The notes: generated from the sequence alone by a model not told the origin. DNA of 64,000 nucleotides from Cyclobacteriaceae bacterium (GCA_025055435.1 JANWWN010000012.1:212-64211); one strand, 5' to 3'; shown: positions 34,619 to 43,766, counted from the stretch's first letter. Made by a program: numbers and translations.

Positions 34619-35026
34619 TCAGATGCGCAGTATATGAATCAGGGAAAGGAGGAAACGTCCGCAGCAGGATGGCGGATGTTCGGGTACGGAAAAAGAAAAT
34701 TTAGAAAATGAATCAGATAGTGTTTCGCTGAAATCGAACAACGCCACAAAGGAAATCAGGTAAAATACCGGTTGAAGCAGGAATGAGGAGCCATGAGACT
34801 GAACAACCGATGCTTCGTGCGTGATTTGTTCATCATCGCAGCAATTCTCCATCATTTTCCGGTGGCAGGGAGGCAATGACTGATGGCCGCAACCGTCGGC
34901 TTCGTGTAACAGGGCTACGGCTTTCACTTTGCCCTGGCAGATGTGCACGCCTACATAAAAAGTGCTGGAGGCCAGCAGTGTAAGCGCTGCCAGTGTATAT
35001 GCCGTTATGGTTTTAAACAACTGCAT
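34619..35026 (-). CDS. small Cys/His-rich membrane-anchored protein (HYC_CC_PP-type)
   Basis: 135 aa. N-terminal anchor, then VHIC...CGH...PPCH...NCCDDE...EHPPSCC. The order H-x-C, then CC, then PP and the position just upstream of an RND metal pump match the HYC_CC_PP family as I recall it. Confidence 0.55.
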   Translation of the reverse strand: MQLFKTITAYTLAALTLLASSTFYVGVHICQGKVKAVALLHEADGCGHQSLPPCHRKMMENCCDDEQITHEASVVQSHGSSFLLQPVFYLISFVALFDFSETLSDSFSKFSFSVPEHPPSCCGRFLLSLIHILRI

Positions 35027-35057
35027 CGCCTGGCAAAGGTACGGAATTCGGTGAAAA

Positions 35058-35258
35058 TCAGTTCAATCGCTCGGCCCTGTAACCGGCTTTGGCCAGCAGT
35101 TCCTTTATTTTTTCCTCGGGAACATCAGTTTCAACGGTCAGGGTTCGCTCCGGTGCGGTGAGGTCAACCTTCCACTTTCCCTGGCCGACATGTTCATCCA
35201 AAGCAGGTTTTATTGCCGCAACACAGCCCGAACACTTGAGGTTGGTTTTGAATATCAT
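35058..35258 (-). CDS. copZ: heavy-metal-associated (HMA) domain metallochaperone, CopZ-like
   Basis: 66 aa, MIFKTNLKCSGCVAAIKPALDE... with a CxxC in the beta-alpha-beta-beta-alpha-beta fold context. Its ATG shares one nt with the MazF-like stop (TAATG). Confidence 0.8.
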   Translation of the reverse strand: MIFKTNLKCSGCVAAIKPALDEHVGQGKWKVDLTAPERTLTVETDVPEEKIKELLAKAGYRAERLN

Positions 35259-35581
35259 TACGTATCTAGTTGGAATATTTTCAGAAGGTTTCTGTCAATT
35301 TTAGAAAGGTCATGATTTGATAGCTTACCTAGCTTTCCGATTACTAAGTCTTTATCAAGTGTAGCGATTTTTCCCGTTTTAATTAGTGAGGTCTTTTTTA
35401 AGCCATTTACCGGAGAAGGTTGAATCACTACATCAAAATCATCCTGCCATTTAAACTGAGTCGTGATAAAAGCAACCGTAACATCGTTTTCGCTTACTGC
35501 TAAAATTCGTGCGGGTCTGTATTTTAACCCTGAAAGATCGGTAAAGGGAAAAGGTAGTAAAATAATGTCTCCCTTTATCAT
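35258..35581 (-). CDS. type II toxin, PemK/MazF family
   Basis: 107 aa. MIKGDIILLPFPFTDLSGLKYRPARIL is the hallmark MazF/PemK N-terminus. ATGA overlap with the upstream small ORF. Confidence 0.8.
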   Translation of the reverse strand: MIKGDIILLPFPFTDLSGLKYRPARILAVSENDVTVAFITTQFKWQDDFDVVIQPSPVNGLKKTSLIKTGKIATLDKDLVIGKLGKLSNHDLSKIDRNLLKIFQLDT

Positions 35582-35805
35582 TTGTATTTTTCCTTCAAAT
35601 CTTCAACAGAATAAATATCTTCATCTTCTTCAAGAAAAGCATAGATTTTGGATTTTGAGACCAATTGCTGAATTTCCTTATTAAGCAGCTCACTATTCTC
35701 CTTCGATATAAGGAACTCAGCAAAATCATGAACCTCCTTCAGTTTTTGTTCAGGAAGTTTTTTCAGGTTATTAATGGTCTTTTCTATAAGGGCTTCTCTG
35801 CTCAT
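35578..35805 (-). CDS. putative antitoxin partner of the MazF-like toxin
   Basis: 75 aa, acidic C-terminus (EEDEDIYSVEDLKEKYK). 4-nt overlap with the toxin start. Family not recognised (DUF2281-like is a guess). Confidence 0.6.
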   Translation of the reverse strand: MSREALIEKTINNLKKLPEQKLKEVHDFAEFLISKENSELLNKEIQQLVSKSKIYAFLEEDEDIYSVEDLKEKYK

Positions 35806-35861
35806 ATCAATGATCGAACATTCAAAAGGATATTCAAATTTAGTTTTAATTATTCAATCCG

Positions 35862-38126
35862 CTAACATTTCAAATTTAGCTTTTTAAAGCGCAAACGCAG
35901 GCTGTTGCTTACCACACTCACCGAGCTTAATGCCATGGCGGCTCCGGCAATCATGGGGTTGAGTAAAAAACCAGTGAACGGATAAAGCACGCCCGCTGCT
36001 ACCGGAACACCGATGATGTTGTAGATAAAAGCCCAAAACAGATTTTGACGAAGTGTTTGTACCGTGAGTGAAGAGAGCTTAAATGCTTTCGCTACGAACC
36101 GCAAATCTGATGTTAACAGGGTGATGGAAGCCGCGTCTATGGCAATGTCGGTGCCTTTGCCCATGGCAATGCTCACATCGGCAGCGGCAAGCGCGGGGGC
36201 ATCGTTGATACCATCGCCTACCATAGCCACAGTGTGTCCCCGGTTTTTCAAGGTGTGTATAAAGTGCACTTTGTCTGCCGGCAGGGCCGATCCTTTAAAA
36301 TGGATAATACCCAGTTGTGAAGCTACGCTTCGGGCAGTTGCTTGGTGGTCGCCCGTGAGCAGATAAACCTGTTTGCCCTGCTGTTGTAAGGTTTGTACAG
36401 CTTCGAAAGCTGATGAACGTAACTCATCGGCCAAAGCTATAACAGCCAATACTTTCTCGTTTTCTGCAAACGCTATCACCGTGTTCCCTCTCTTCTTCCA
36501 TTGCCCGCTAAGCAATTCAAAGTCGGACAGATTCACGATACCTGATTCTTTTAAAAGTTCTTCATTCCCGGCCACATACACAGCTTCTCCGAGCTTACCG
36601 CGAATACCCTTACCGGGAATGTTTTCAAATTCGGAGATCGTGGGTGGTGCGACCGACTGCGATCTGCAGTATGCAAGAACAGCCTGCGCCATCGGGTGCT
36701 CGGATTTACTTTCCAAAGCCAGGAGGATTCCCAGTAATGAATTTGTATCACGTGTATTTTCCAGCCAGGTAATATCAACCACTTTGGGTTTGCCTTCTGT
36801 AAGGGTGCCGGTTTTATCGAATATAACTACATCGACCCGATGTGCTCGTTCCAGGCTTTCGGCATCTTTGATAAGGATGTTGTTTTCAGCACCTTTACCA
36901 ATTCCAACCATGATGGCTGTTGGAGTAGCCAGTCCTAAGGCGCACGGACAGGCAATAACAAGAACGGAAACCGAGGTGAGCAGGGCATGGCTCAGGGCAT
37001 CTTCGCCACCCGCTATCAGCCATACCACGAAAGTAAGTAAAGCAATAAGTATAACAACCGGTACAAATACACCAGCCACTTTATCGGCTAATTTCTGTGC
37101 GGGGGCCTTGCTGCCCTGGGCTTCCTGAACCGTGCGGATGATGCGGGCAAGCATCGTTTGCGCGCCAACCTGTTGCGCTTCGAATACAAAACTTCCCTGC
37201 TGATTTACAGTTCCCGCATACACCCGGTCATTTTCCTTTTTGAAAACCGGAACGGCTTCACCGGTAAGCATGCTTTCGTCAATGTAGGAATGACCGGAAG
37301 TGATTACGCCATCAACGGGAATTTTTTCACCCGGCTTGACAATCACCAAATGGCCCGGTTGAACAGCGGAAACCGGTATTTCCTTTTCCTGGCCTTGAAT
37401 TTCAATTCTCACATACTGTGGCTGAAGCGACATGAGCTTTTTAATAGCCGATGATGTTTTGGCTTTTGCGCGTTCTTCCAGCAGTTTTCCTAGTGATATG
37501 AACGTAATGATAACCGCTGCAGCTTCGTAATAAACATGAGCGTGCAGTCCGCGTTGTAACCAAAATTCAGGAAAAAAGGTATTGAACGCACTGAACAGAA
37601 AGGCGATGCCGGTTGAAAGCGCCACCAACGTATCCATATTGGCGCGGCCGTGTTTGGCCTGTCTGAATGCATGTACGAAGAATGACCGGCCGAAATAAAA
37701 GACTACGGGTGCAGTTAACGCCAGACTGATGTACATGCCGGGCTCCCAGCTCATGAAGAACATGCCGATGATTACCACCGGAGTGGATAAGATAGCCGAC
37801 CACAAAGTGCGGGATTTAATTTCGGTATAACGCTGGTGCTGCGCATCCTGAAGCACCCTGGTTCCGTCATCGGTGGGGGGTTGATTAATTACCAGGTCGT
37901 AACCCATGGACTGTACGGCCTGGCGCAGTATTTCCGGGCTAACTACTGCAGGGTCATATTCAACCTGAGCCGAGTTGGCAGCAAAGTTTACGTTTGCCTT
38001 TTTTACACCGGGTACACTTTTCAACGCAGACTCTACATTGACCGCGCAGGCTGCGCAGCTCATGTCCAGAACCGGAAAAGAATTCTTTTGAAGAACCGGA
38101 TTTTCTTTCATGTCTTCGGCCGTCAT
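35862..38126 (-). CDS. copA: copper-translocating P1B-type ATPase
   Basis: 754 aa. N-terminal HMA domain ([11 protein letters not shown]), TGE loop, CPC motif ([12 protein letters not shown]), [15 protein letters not shown]. Confidence 0.95.
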   Translation of the reverse strand: MTAEDMKENPVLQKNSFPVLDMSCAACAVNVESALKSVPGVKKANVNFAANSAQVEYDPAVVSPEILRQAVQSMGYDLVINQPPTDDGTRVLQDAQHQRYTEIKSRTLWSAILSTPVVIIGMFFMSWEPGMYISLALTAPVVFYFGRSFFVHAFRQAKHGRANMDTLVALSTGIAFLFSAFNTFFPEFWLQRGLHAHVYYEAAAVIITFISLGKLLEERAKAKTSSAIKKLMSLQPQYVRIEIQGQEKEIPVSAVQPGHLVIVKPGEKIPVDGVITSGHSYIDESMLTGEAVPVFKKENDRVYAGTVNQQGSFVFEAQQVGAQTMLARIIRTVQEAQGSKAPAQKLADKVAGVFVPVVILIALLTFVVWLIAGGEDALSHALLTSVSVLVIACPCALGLATPTAIMVGIGKGAENNILIKDAESLERAHRVDVVIFDKTGTLTEGKPKVVDITWLENTRDTNSLLGILLALESKSEHPMAQAVLAYCRSQSVAPPTISEFENIPGKGIRGKLGEAVYVAGNEELLKESGIVNLSDFELLSGQWKKRGNTVIAFAENEKVLAVIALADELRSSAFEAVQTLQQQGKQVYLLTGDHQATARSVASQLGIIHFKGSALPADKVHFIHTLKNRGHTVAMVGDGINDAPALAAADVSIAMGKGTDIAIDAASITLLTSDLRFVAKAFKLSSLTVQTLRQNLFWAFIYNIIGVPVAAGVLYPFTGFLLNPMIAGAAMALSSVSVVSNSLRLRFKKLNLKC

Positions 38127-38189
38127 GCGTTGTTTACGCTTAACAACGATGAGGCAAAGGTAAGTTTCGGCAAGGTTAAGTAATGCGCA

Positions 38190-38558
38190 TCAGGCAAACT
38201 GCTTTTCGCCCAACAGATATTCATCAATAACCTGTTTGAATACCTGTTTCGGAAAAGCGCCGGGCTGCATGGCTGGCTGGCCCTTGGCAGGAATAAACAG
38301 GAAGGTGGGGATGCTGCGAATGCCAAAAACAGCGGACAGCTCGGGTTCTGCTTCGGTATCTACCTTATAAATATGAATTTTTCCTTCATATTCTTTAGCC
38401 AGTTCTTCCAGTACAGGTGCCACCATGCGGCAAGGTCCGCACCAGTCGGCATAAAAATCAATAATGGCCGGCAGTGTGCCTTTATAGTTCCATTCCTTTT
38501 CGGTTTCGTAGTTAAAAACCTTGTTTTTGAAATCTTCGGTAGTGAGTTTAACGGTCAT
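38190..38558 (-). CDS. thioredoxin
   Basis: WCGPC active site. Start chosen at MTVKLTTEDF (38558); the ORF is open to 38597. Confidence 0.85.
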   Translation of the reverse strand: MTVKLTTEDFKNKVFNYETEKEWNYKGTLPAIIDFYADWCGPCRMVAPVLEELAKEYEGKIHIYKVDTEAEPELSAVFGIRSIPTFLFIPAKGQPAMQPGAFPKQVFKQVIDEYLLGEKQFA

Positions 38559-38661
38559 TTTAAAGTAAATTTTCTGCAAAAAAAGTAAAACCGCCATGGG
38601 TTTACCGTGACTTGGGTTACTTAAAGATGGAATTTTATAAATTTGTTCTGGTCTGATTTTA

Positions 38662-38946
38662 ATGATTAAATCTTTTGGTTCAAAAGCTACCCGAATGATA
38701 TGGGAGGGAAATCGAGTTAAAAGCTTTAGTATTGAAATTCAGAATCTAACCAGGAGAAAGCTGAGGATGTTAAATAATGCACAAAGTATATTGGATTTAA
38801 AAATTCCACCTTCAAACCGATTGGAAAAGCTGAGTGGTAAACTAAAAGATTATTATTCAATACGCGTAAATGACCAGTGGAGAATCATATTCAAGTGGAA
38901 CAATGGAAATGCAACTGATGTTGAACTAATAGATTATCATGATTGA
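38662..38946 (+). CDS. higB: type II toxin HigB (RelE/ParE superfamily, plasmid-maintenance killer type)
   Basis: 94 aa. MIKSFGSKATRMIWEG...RRKLRMLNNAQSILDLKIPPSNRLEKLSG...YSIRVNDQWRIIFKW...VELIDYH matches the HigB pattern. Confidence 0.85.
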   Translation: MIKSFGSKATRMIWEGNRVKSFSIEIQNLTRRKLRMLNNAQSILDLKIPPSNRLEKLSGKLKDYYSIRVNDQWRIIFKWNNGNATDVELIDYHD

Positions 38947-39251
38947 CCACTATGCGAGTTTTAAAAAATATTCATCCAGGAGAAATTTTATTGCAGGAAT
39001 TTATGATTCCTTTGGGTATCAGTATTATGAAACTCTCACGTGATACCAAAATTCCTTATTATAAATTGAGAGGTATAGTCCGGGGGCAACACGGTATTAC
39101 ACCTACTATTGCCTTAAAGCTATCAAGATATTTTGGTAATTCTGCGAAATTCTGGTTAGGACTTCAAAATGATTATGATCTTGAAGAAGAAGAGCGCCTG
39201 AATAAAAAAGCGTTGAGTGAGATAGTGCATTGCCAGGCTTTAACGGTTTAA
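38943..39251 (+). CDS. higA: HigA antitoxin (XRE-type HTH)
   Basis: HPGEILLQEFMIPLGIS...LSRDTKIP...I..IVRGQHGITPTIALKLSRYFGNSAKFWLGLQNDYDL. ATGA overlap with higB; ATG 38952 is an alternative start. Confidence 0.85.
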   Translation: MTTMRVLKNIHPGEILLQEFMIPLGISIMKLSRDTKIPYYKLRGIVRGQHGITPTIALKLSRYFGNSAKFWLGLQNDYDLEEEERLNKKALSEIVHCQALTV

Positions 39252-39254
39252 AAA

Positions 39255-41150
39255 TCAGTTATATTTTCTGAACCACCACTGAAATACCACCAACCCCCAG
39301 ATGCGGGCGTGCACATCGCCCGGATTTTTAGAAAACAGTCTTCGTTTCAGCTTTGCGATTTCAGCATAATTGAAAATCTGCTGCTCGTGTATGTTTTTTT
39401 CCGACAGCAAATCATCCATGATTAATGACTTCATTTCCCTGCGGAACCATTTTAGCAGCGGCACTTCAAATCCTTTTTTCGGGCGGTTGTACAGTTCGGG
39501 CGGTAACAGGTTGCGGAATGCATCCTGTACCAGTCGTTTGCGCATCTTACCGTTTATCTTAAAATCTGCCGGCAGGCTGAATATAAAGTTAACCAGCTCC
39601 ACGTCCAGAAATGGATTACGCACTTCCAGGCTGTTGGCCATGCTCATCAGATCCACCTTCATGAGCATGTCATTGGGCAGTACCAACTTCATGTCGGTAA
39701 GAAAAATGTCGTTGAGATTTTCCTTATCCGACAGGGTTGCCAGCCAGCTCTTTTTTCGCTCGTTAAACCGGCTTTGCTCCAAATGTTGGCGTGAGGTATC
39801 CGAAAGAAGAGCCAGCGCTGCTTTCGGTTCAGTGAGGGATGCCCATTGCCAGTATCGTTCGCCGGATGAAAGATTTACGGCACGAGCAAAGCGCTCGAGC
39901 TGCCGAATGCGATTACTCAGAAAATCATTTCTCGACCGCGGCAGCAGCTGCCATAATGGTAATAGGGTACTTGCAAAATTCTCCTTCCAACCGCGGTGAA
40001 TAGCCCGCCAGTGGGCCTCGTGTTTATTATAGCCGCCCAGCAACTCATCGGCTCCATCGCCCGAAAGAGCAACCGTGGCGTGCTTCCGTGTTTCTTTACT
40101 GAGTATAAAAACATTGATAGCCGATGAGTCGGCAAAGGGTTCATCGATATAATTCAGAATATCATGCAGGTGGCTGTATAAATCATGATTGGTTAATGAG
40201 AAGACGGTATGTTTTGTGTGGAAATGTTTAGCTACCAGTTGTGCAAAGTGTGTTTCGTCAAAAAAAGGTTCATCGCGAAAGCCGATGGAAAAAGTATGCA
40301 GGTCGGGCTTATGTCGGGCGGCCAGTCCGGTTATTACGGATGAGTCAATGCCTCCGCTTAAAAAGCAACCCAACGGTACATCGGCTACCAACCTGCGCTG
40401 TACCGCTGCCTCCAGCAAATCCCTGCAACGTTGTTGTGCAGCTTCATAACTGAGCTGTTGCGGTTCATCGGACGGATAAGGTATTTCATAATACTTTTCA
40501 ATGAGCAGCTCTTTTGAGCGGACGCGCATGTAATGTCCGGGTAACAGTTTTTTTACCGTACGGAAAATCGTATCCGGTGCCGGAATGTAATTGAGTTGAA
40601 GATAGGCGTAGAGTGATTCGTAATCGAGTGTTTTGTCGATTCCATACTGCAGGATGGCTTTCATTTCGGAAGCGAAGATGAACTTGTCATCATCAAAAAG
40701 GTAAAGCAAAGGCTTTACACCAAAACGGTCGCGTGCCAGCAGAAAAGATTGTTCCTGGTTGTCATACAGGCAGAATGAAAAAAAACCGTTGAGTTTATTC
40801 AGTCCTTTTTCTTTTTCCCGAATCAGTAACCTAAGCAGAACTTCCGTATCGGATTGTGTAGTAAATGCAACGCCCTCGCTTTCCAGCTGGCTGCGCAGTT
40901 CACGATAGTTGAAAATCTCTCCGTTATAAATCAGAGCATATCTTTTCTCCTCATCCCACATGGGCTGATTAGCCTGGTCGGACAAGTCGATGATGGATAA
41001 TCTGCGGTGACCCAGGCCCACAAACTGGTTGTGATATATATCCTGATAATCGGGTCCACGTTTTTCAAGTGCACGGGTTGCGGCGGCCAGATGAATCATG
41101 TTCATCTTACCCACCAGATTAAACGCCATTATACCGGTAATGCCGCACAT
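39255..41150 (-). CDS. asnB: asparagine synthase (glutamine-hydrolysing)
   Basis: 631 aa. N-terminal nucleophile MCGITG. PP-loop CFLSGGIDSS. Confidence 0.92.
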   Translation of the reverse strand: MCGITGIMAFNLVGKMNMIHLAAATRALEKRGPDYQDIYHNQFVGLGHRRLSIIDLSDQANQPMWDEEKRYALIYNGEIFNYRELRSQLESEGVAFTTQSDTEVLLRLLIREKEKGLNKLNGFFSFCLYDNQEQSFLLARDRFGVKPLLYLFDDDKFIFASEMKAILQYGIDKTLDYESLYAYLQLNYIPAPDTIFRTVKKLLPGHYMRVRSKELLIEKYYEIPYPSDEPQQLSYEAAQQRCRDLLEAAVQRRLVADVPLGCFLSGGIDSSVITGLAARHKPDLHTFSIGFRDEPFFDETHFAQLVAKHFHTKHTVFSLTNHDLYSHLHDILNYIDEPFADSSAINVFILSKETRKHATVALSGDGADELLGGYNKHEAHWRAIHRGWKENFASTLLPLWQLLPRSRNDFLSNRIRQLERFARAVNLSSGERYWQWASLTEPKAALALLSDTSRQHLEQSRFNERKKSWLATLSDKENLNDIFLTDMKLVLPNDMLMKVDLMSMANSLEVRNPFLDVELVNFIFSLPADFKINGKMRKRLVQDAFRNLLPPELYNRPKKGFEVPLLKWFRREMKSLIMDDLLSEKNIHEQQIFNYAEIAKLKRRLFSKNPGDVHARIWGLVVFQWWFRKYN

Positions 41151-42253
41151 CAGTCGCCAAAACTAATGCCCAGTCCGCGGGCTGCTTTTATCAGATAGGA
41201 ATCTTTTTGTACAAAATTGTATTCGCGGGTAGCCTCTTCCAGTGAAACGTAGGTTATGTTGTTGTTTTTCAGGGCCACCATCTTGCCAAATTCTTCATGA
41301 ATAACCAATTCCATGGCTTTTACACCAAACAGCGAGGCCAGTACGCGGTCGAAAGCCGTGGGTGTACCTCCGCGCTGGATGTGACCCAGCACGGTTTCGC
41401 GTATTTCGGCCTTGCAGCCTGCATCTTTCAATTGTTGTGCGAGCTGAAAGGCGATGCCGCCCAGCCGTTTGTGCTCCGAGCCTTTTTCGCCTGCACGTGC
41501 TACCACTGTACCGTCAACCGGCCGTGCACCTTCGGCTACCACAATATTTACAAACCCTTTACCATGGGTATAGCGTGCTTCAATGCGTTTGACCAACTTG
41601 TTAACGTCATACGGTATTTCCGGAATGAGACAGATTTCTGCACCTCCGGCTATGGCGGTATGCAACGCAATCCAACCGGCATCGCGTCCCATCACTTCCA
41701 TGATCATCACGCGGTGATGACTTTCGGCCGTGGTTACGAGTTTATCAAAAGCATCGGTGGCAATTTGCACGGCTGTCTGAAAGCCAAACGTCATGTCGGT
41801 AGCCGATAAATCGTTATCGATGGTCTTCGGAACACCTACAATAGGCAGGCCTTTTTGGTAAAGTACGCGCGATATGCGTTGTGAGCCATCACCGCCAATA
41901 TTTATTACCGCATCAAATCCAAGCGACCGGATTTTTTGTACCAGCTCATCGGAGCGGTCCAATTCTTTCACTGTTCCATCGGGCTGAATTACCGGGTATT
42001 TCAGCGGGTTGGATTTGTTGGTGGTTTTCAGAATTGTTCCGCCTTTTACGTGAATGCCGGCAGTTTTGTGCGAAGTGAGGCGTATGATATGTTGTGGTTC
42101 GTTAAGTACACCATTGAACGCCTCGATGCTGCCCCATACTTCCCAGTTTTTTTCTTTACGTGCGCGCTTGGCGATGCCGCGGATTACGGCGTTCAGTCCG
42201 GGGCAATCACCTCCGCCGGTTACCACCAGTACTTTTTTAATTCGGTTACTCAT
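41150..42253 (-). CDS. pfkA: 6-phosphofructokinase (PfkA family)
   Basis: Start chosen at MSNRIKKVLVVTGGGDCPGLNAVIRG (42253); the ORF is open to 42334. Motifs: IGGDGS, PKTIDNDL, MGRDAGW, LGHIQRGG. Its stop shares one nt with the asnB ATG. Confidence 0.9.
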   Translation of the reverse strand: MSNRIKKVLVVTGGGDCPGLNAVIRGIAKRARKEKNWEVWGSIEAFNGVLNEPQHIIRLTSHKTAGIHVKGGTILKTTNKSNPLKYPVIQPDGTVKELDRSDELVQKIRSLGFDAVINIGGDGSQRISRVLYQKGLPIVGVPKTIDNDLSATDMTFGFQTAVQIATDAFDKLVTTAESHHRVMIMEVMGRDAGWIALHTAIAGGAEICLIPEIPYDVNKLVKRIEARYTHGKGFVNIVVAEGARPVDGTVVARAGEKGSEHKRLGGIAFQLAQQLKDAGCKAEIRETVLGHIQRGGTPTAFDRVLASLFGVKAMELVIHEEFGKMVALKNNNITYVSLEEATREYNFVQKDSYLIKAARGLGISFGD

Positions 42254-43256
42254 AACTTGTTTCGGGATGTTCATCGGTTGCGGCAGCCCTGCGCAGGCGG
42301 TCGTTAATGGCGCGGCCCAGGCCGGTGTCTTCAACCGGTTCGGCTAAGATAACATCAACGGGCATCGCTTCCAGCTCGCGCAGGTATTGAAAAAGATTTT
42401 GTGCAGCCTCGCGCAAATTGCCTGTAACCGATAGCTGTCGCTGATAGGGGGAATGAAAATCTTTGTTCAGCGTCAGTATGCCGGCACAATGTGCGGGATG
42501 CCGGGAAAGCAGTTCTTCTATTTTACCCAGCAGAAGTTTTTTTCGGGGCGCGTAATGACGTGTGAGCTGACCGGGAGTGCGCGGATTGGAAGCGGAATGC
42601 AGCTGCAGTTCAATTTTTCCAATGAGCTTTTCTATTTCTTCCGCAGTAACTCCTCCGAGACGATAAATAACAGGTTGTTCATCTTCAAACCCGATGATGG
42701 TGGATTCCAATCCAACGGGACAGGGTCCGCCATCAAGTATGTAAGGAATTTCCTGACCGAGTTGTTCGTCAACGTGTTCGGCACGGGTTGGACTGATACG
42801 ACCGAACTTGTTGGCACTGGGTGCAGCCAGCGGAAAGTCGAGCAGTGCCAGCAGCTGCTGGGTCAGCGGATGTGCCGGACAACGAACGGCCACGTTGTCG
42901 AGGCCCGATGTTACCAGATCGGGTATGATTTTTTTTCGCGGAAGTAAAAGCGTAAGCGGTCCCGGCCAGAAATGTTCGGCCAGCAACTGGGCTTTTTCCG
43001 GAATATGGGTAACAAAGTTTTTGGCTGTTGATAAATCGGGCACGTGAATGATAAGCGGGTCAAATGAAGGGCGCTCCTTGACTTCAAAAATACGTGCCAC
43101 AGCCCGGGTATTTAGTGCATTGCCGGCAAGGCCATACACCGTTTCAGTCGGTATGGCCACCACTTCACCAAGACGCAGCAGCCGCGCGGCTTCGGTTACC
43201 GAATTTCCGATTCGGGCCATTGAGGTAAGCTGATTATCTTTGAAAGAAAAGAGCAT
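42246..43256 (-). CDS. tsaC: L-threonylcarbamoyladenylate synthase (Sua5/TsaC, YrdC plus Sua5 domains)
   Basis: VVAIPTETVYGLAGNA, SFDPLIIH, SANKFGRISPT. The C-terminal Sua5 extension is present. The start may be 43220 (MARIGN...). Confidence 0.88.
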   Translation of the reverse strand: MLFSFKDNQLTSMARIGNSVTEAARLLRLGEVVAIPTETVYGLAGNALNTRAVARIFEVKERPSFDPLIIHVPDLSTAKNFVTHIPEKAQLLAEHFWPGPLTLLLPRKKIIPDLVTSGLDNVAVRCPAHPLTQQLLALLDFPLAAPSANKFGRISPTRAEHVDEQLGQEIPYILDGGPCPVGLESTIIGFEDEQPVIYRLGGVTAEEIEKLIGKIELQLHSASNPRTPGQLTRHYAPRKKLLLGKIEELLSRHPAHCAGILTLNKDFHSPYQRQLSVTGNLREAAQNLFQYLRELEAMPVDVILAEPVEDTGLGRAINDRLRRAAATDEHPETSYE

Positions 43257-43262
43257 GTTGCC

Positions 43263-43424
43263 ATGAACAATAAAATGCGTTCGCTGCTTCGGATTATTGC
43301 CGTATTGCTGGTTCTTCTGTCGGTTTTAATGGAACTGGATATGGTTATTATACCTGCACTGGCCGGTATGAAGTTCTGGATGGTTGTGATTGGCTTTTGT
43401 TTGATGCTGATCAGCACGCGCTGA
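43263..43424 (+). CDS. possible 53-aa two-helix membrane peptide
   Basis: MNNKMRSLLRIIAVLLVLLSVLMELDMVIIPALAGMKFWMVVIGFCLMLISTR*. Below the ORF-track cutoff. More protein-like than the antisense 73-aa ORF (43196-43417). No other support. Confidence 0.3.
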   Translation: MNNKMRSLLRIIAVLLVLLSVLMELDMVIIPALAGMKFWMVVIGFCLMLISTR

Positions 43425-43766
43425 TTATTGGATTACCACGGTAATTTTATTGATTCGTCCGCCCTCCAGTTTACTGGTTTTTTCTCCGCCACCTGCATTA
43501 TCCCGATCCTCTTTACGCACGATAATGTAATAGGAGATGGCTTTAAGATCTTTAAAACGGGCTATTCCCTTGGCATCGGTAACGGCTTCGGCAGCAACGT
43601 TGGTTTCTTTTTTATAATCTTCTTCGGTTTCAAACAACTGCACGGTGGCACCGGCTTCCTTGTTGCCCAGCTCATTAACCACAGTTACTACCAATTGGGT
43701 TTTGATGATTTGAAAGGCAAGGAGAAGGAGAGATGCGGCGGTAAGGATGTACACAAATTTTTTCAT
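43425..43766 (-). CDS. small secreted protein, carboxypeptidase-regulatory-like beta-sandwich (guess)
   Basis: 113 aa. Signal or anchor MKKFVYILTAASLLLLAF. The body VVTVVNELGNKEAGATVQLF...TDAKGIARFKDL...YYIIV resembles the CarboxypepD_reg fold pattern. Confidence 0.5.
   Translation of the reverse strand: MKKFVYILTAASLLLLAFQIIKTQLVVTVVNELGNKEAGATVQLFETEEDYKKETNVAAEAVTDAKGIARFKDLKAISYYIIVRKEDRDNAGGGEKTSKLEGGRINKITVVIQ

Noticed and set aside
36373-37128. 251-aa plus-strand ORF
   Set aside because: It is antisense to copA, which has all P-type ATPase motifs. It is Ser/Ala/Thr-rich low complexity.
43196-43417. 73-aa minus-strand ORF
   Set aside because: It overlaps the tsaC 5' end, and its composition (Ser/Ile/Thr rich) looks like the antisense of the hydrophobic plus-strand peptide. 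No family resemblance.
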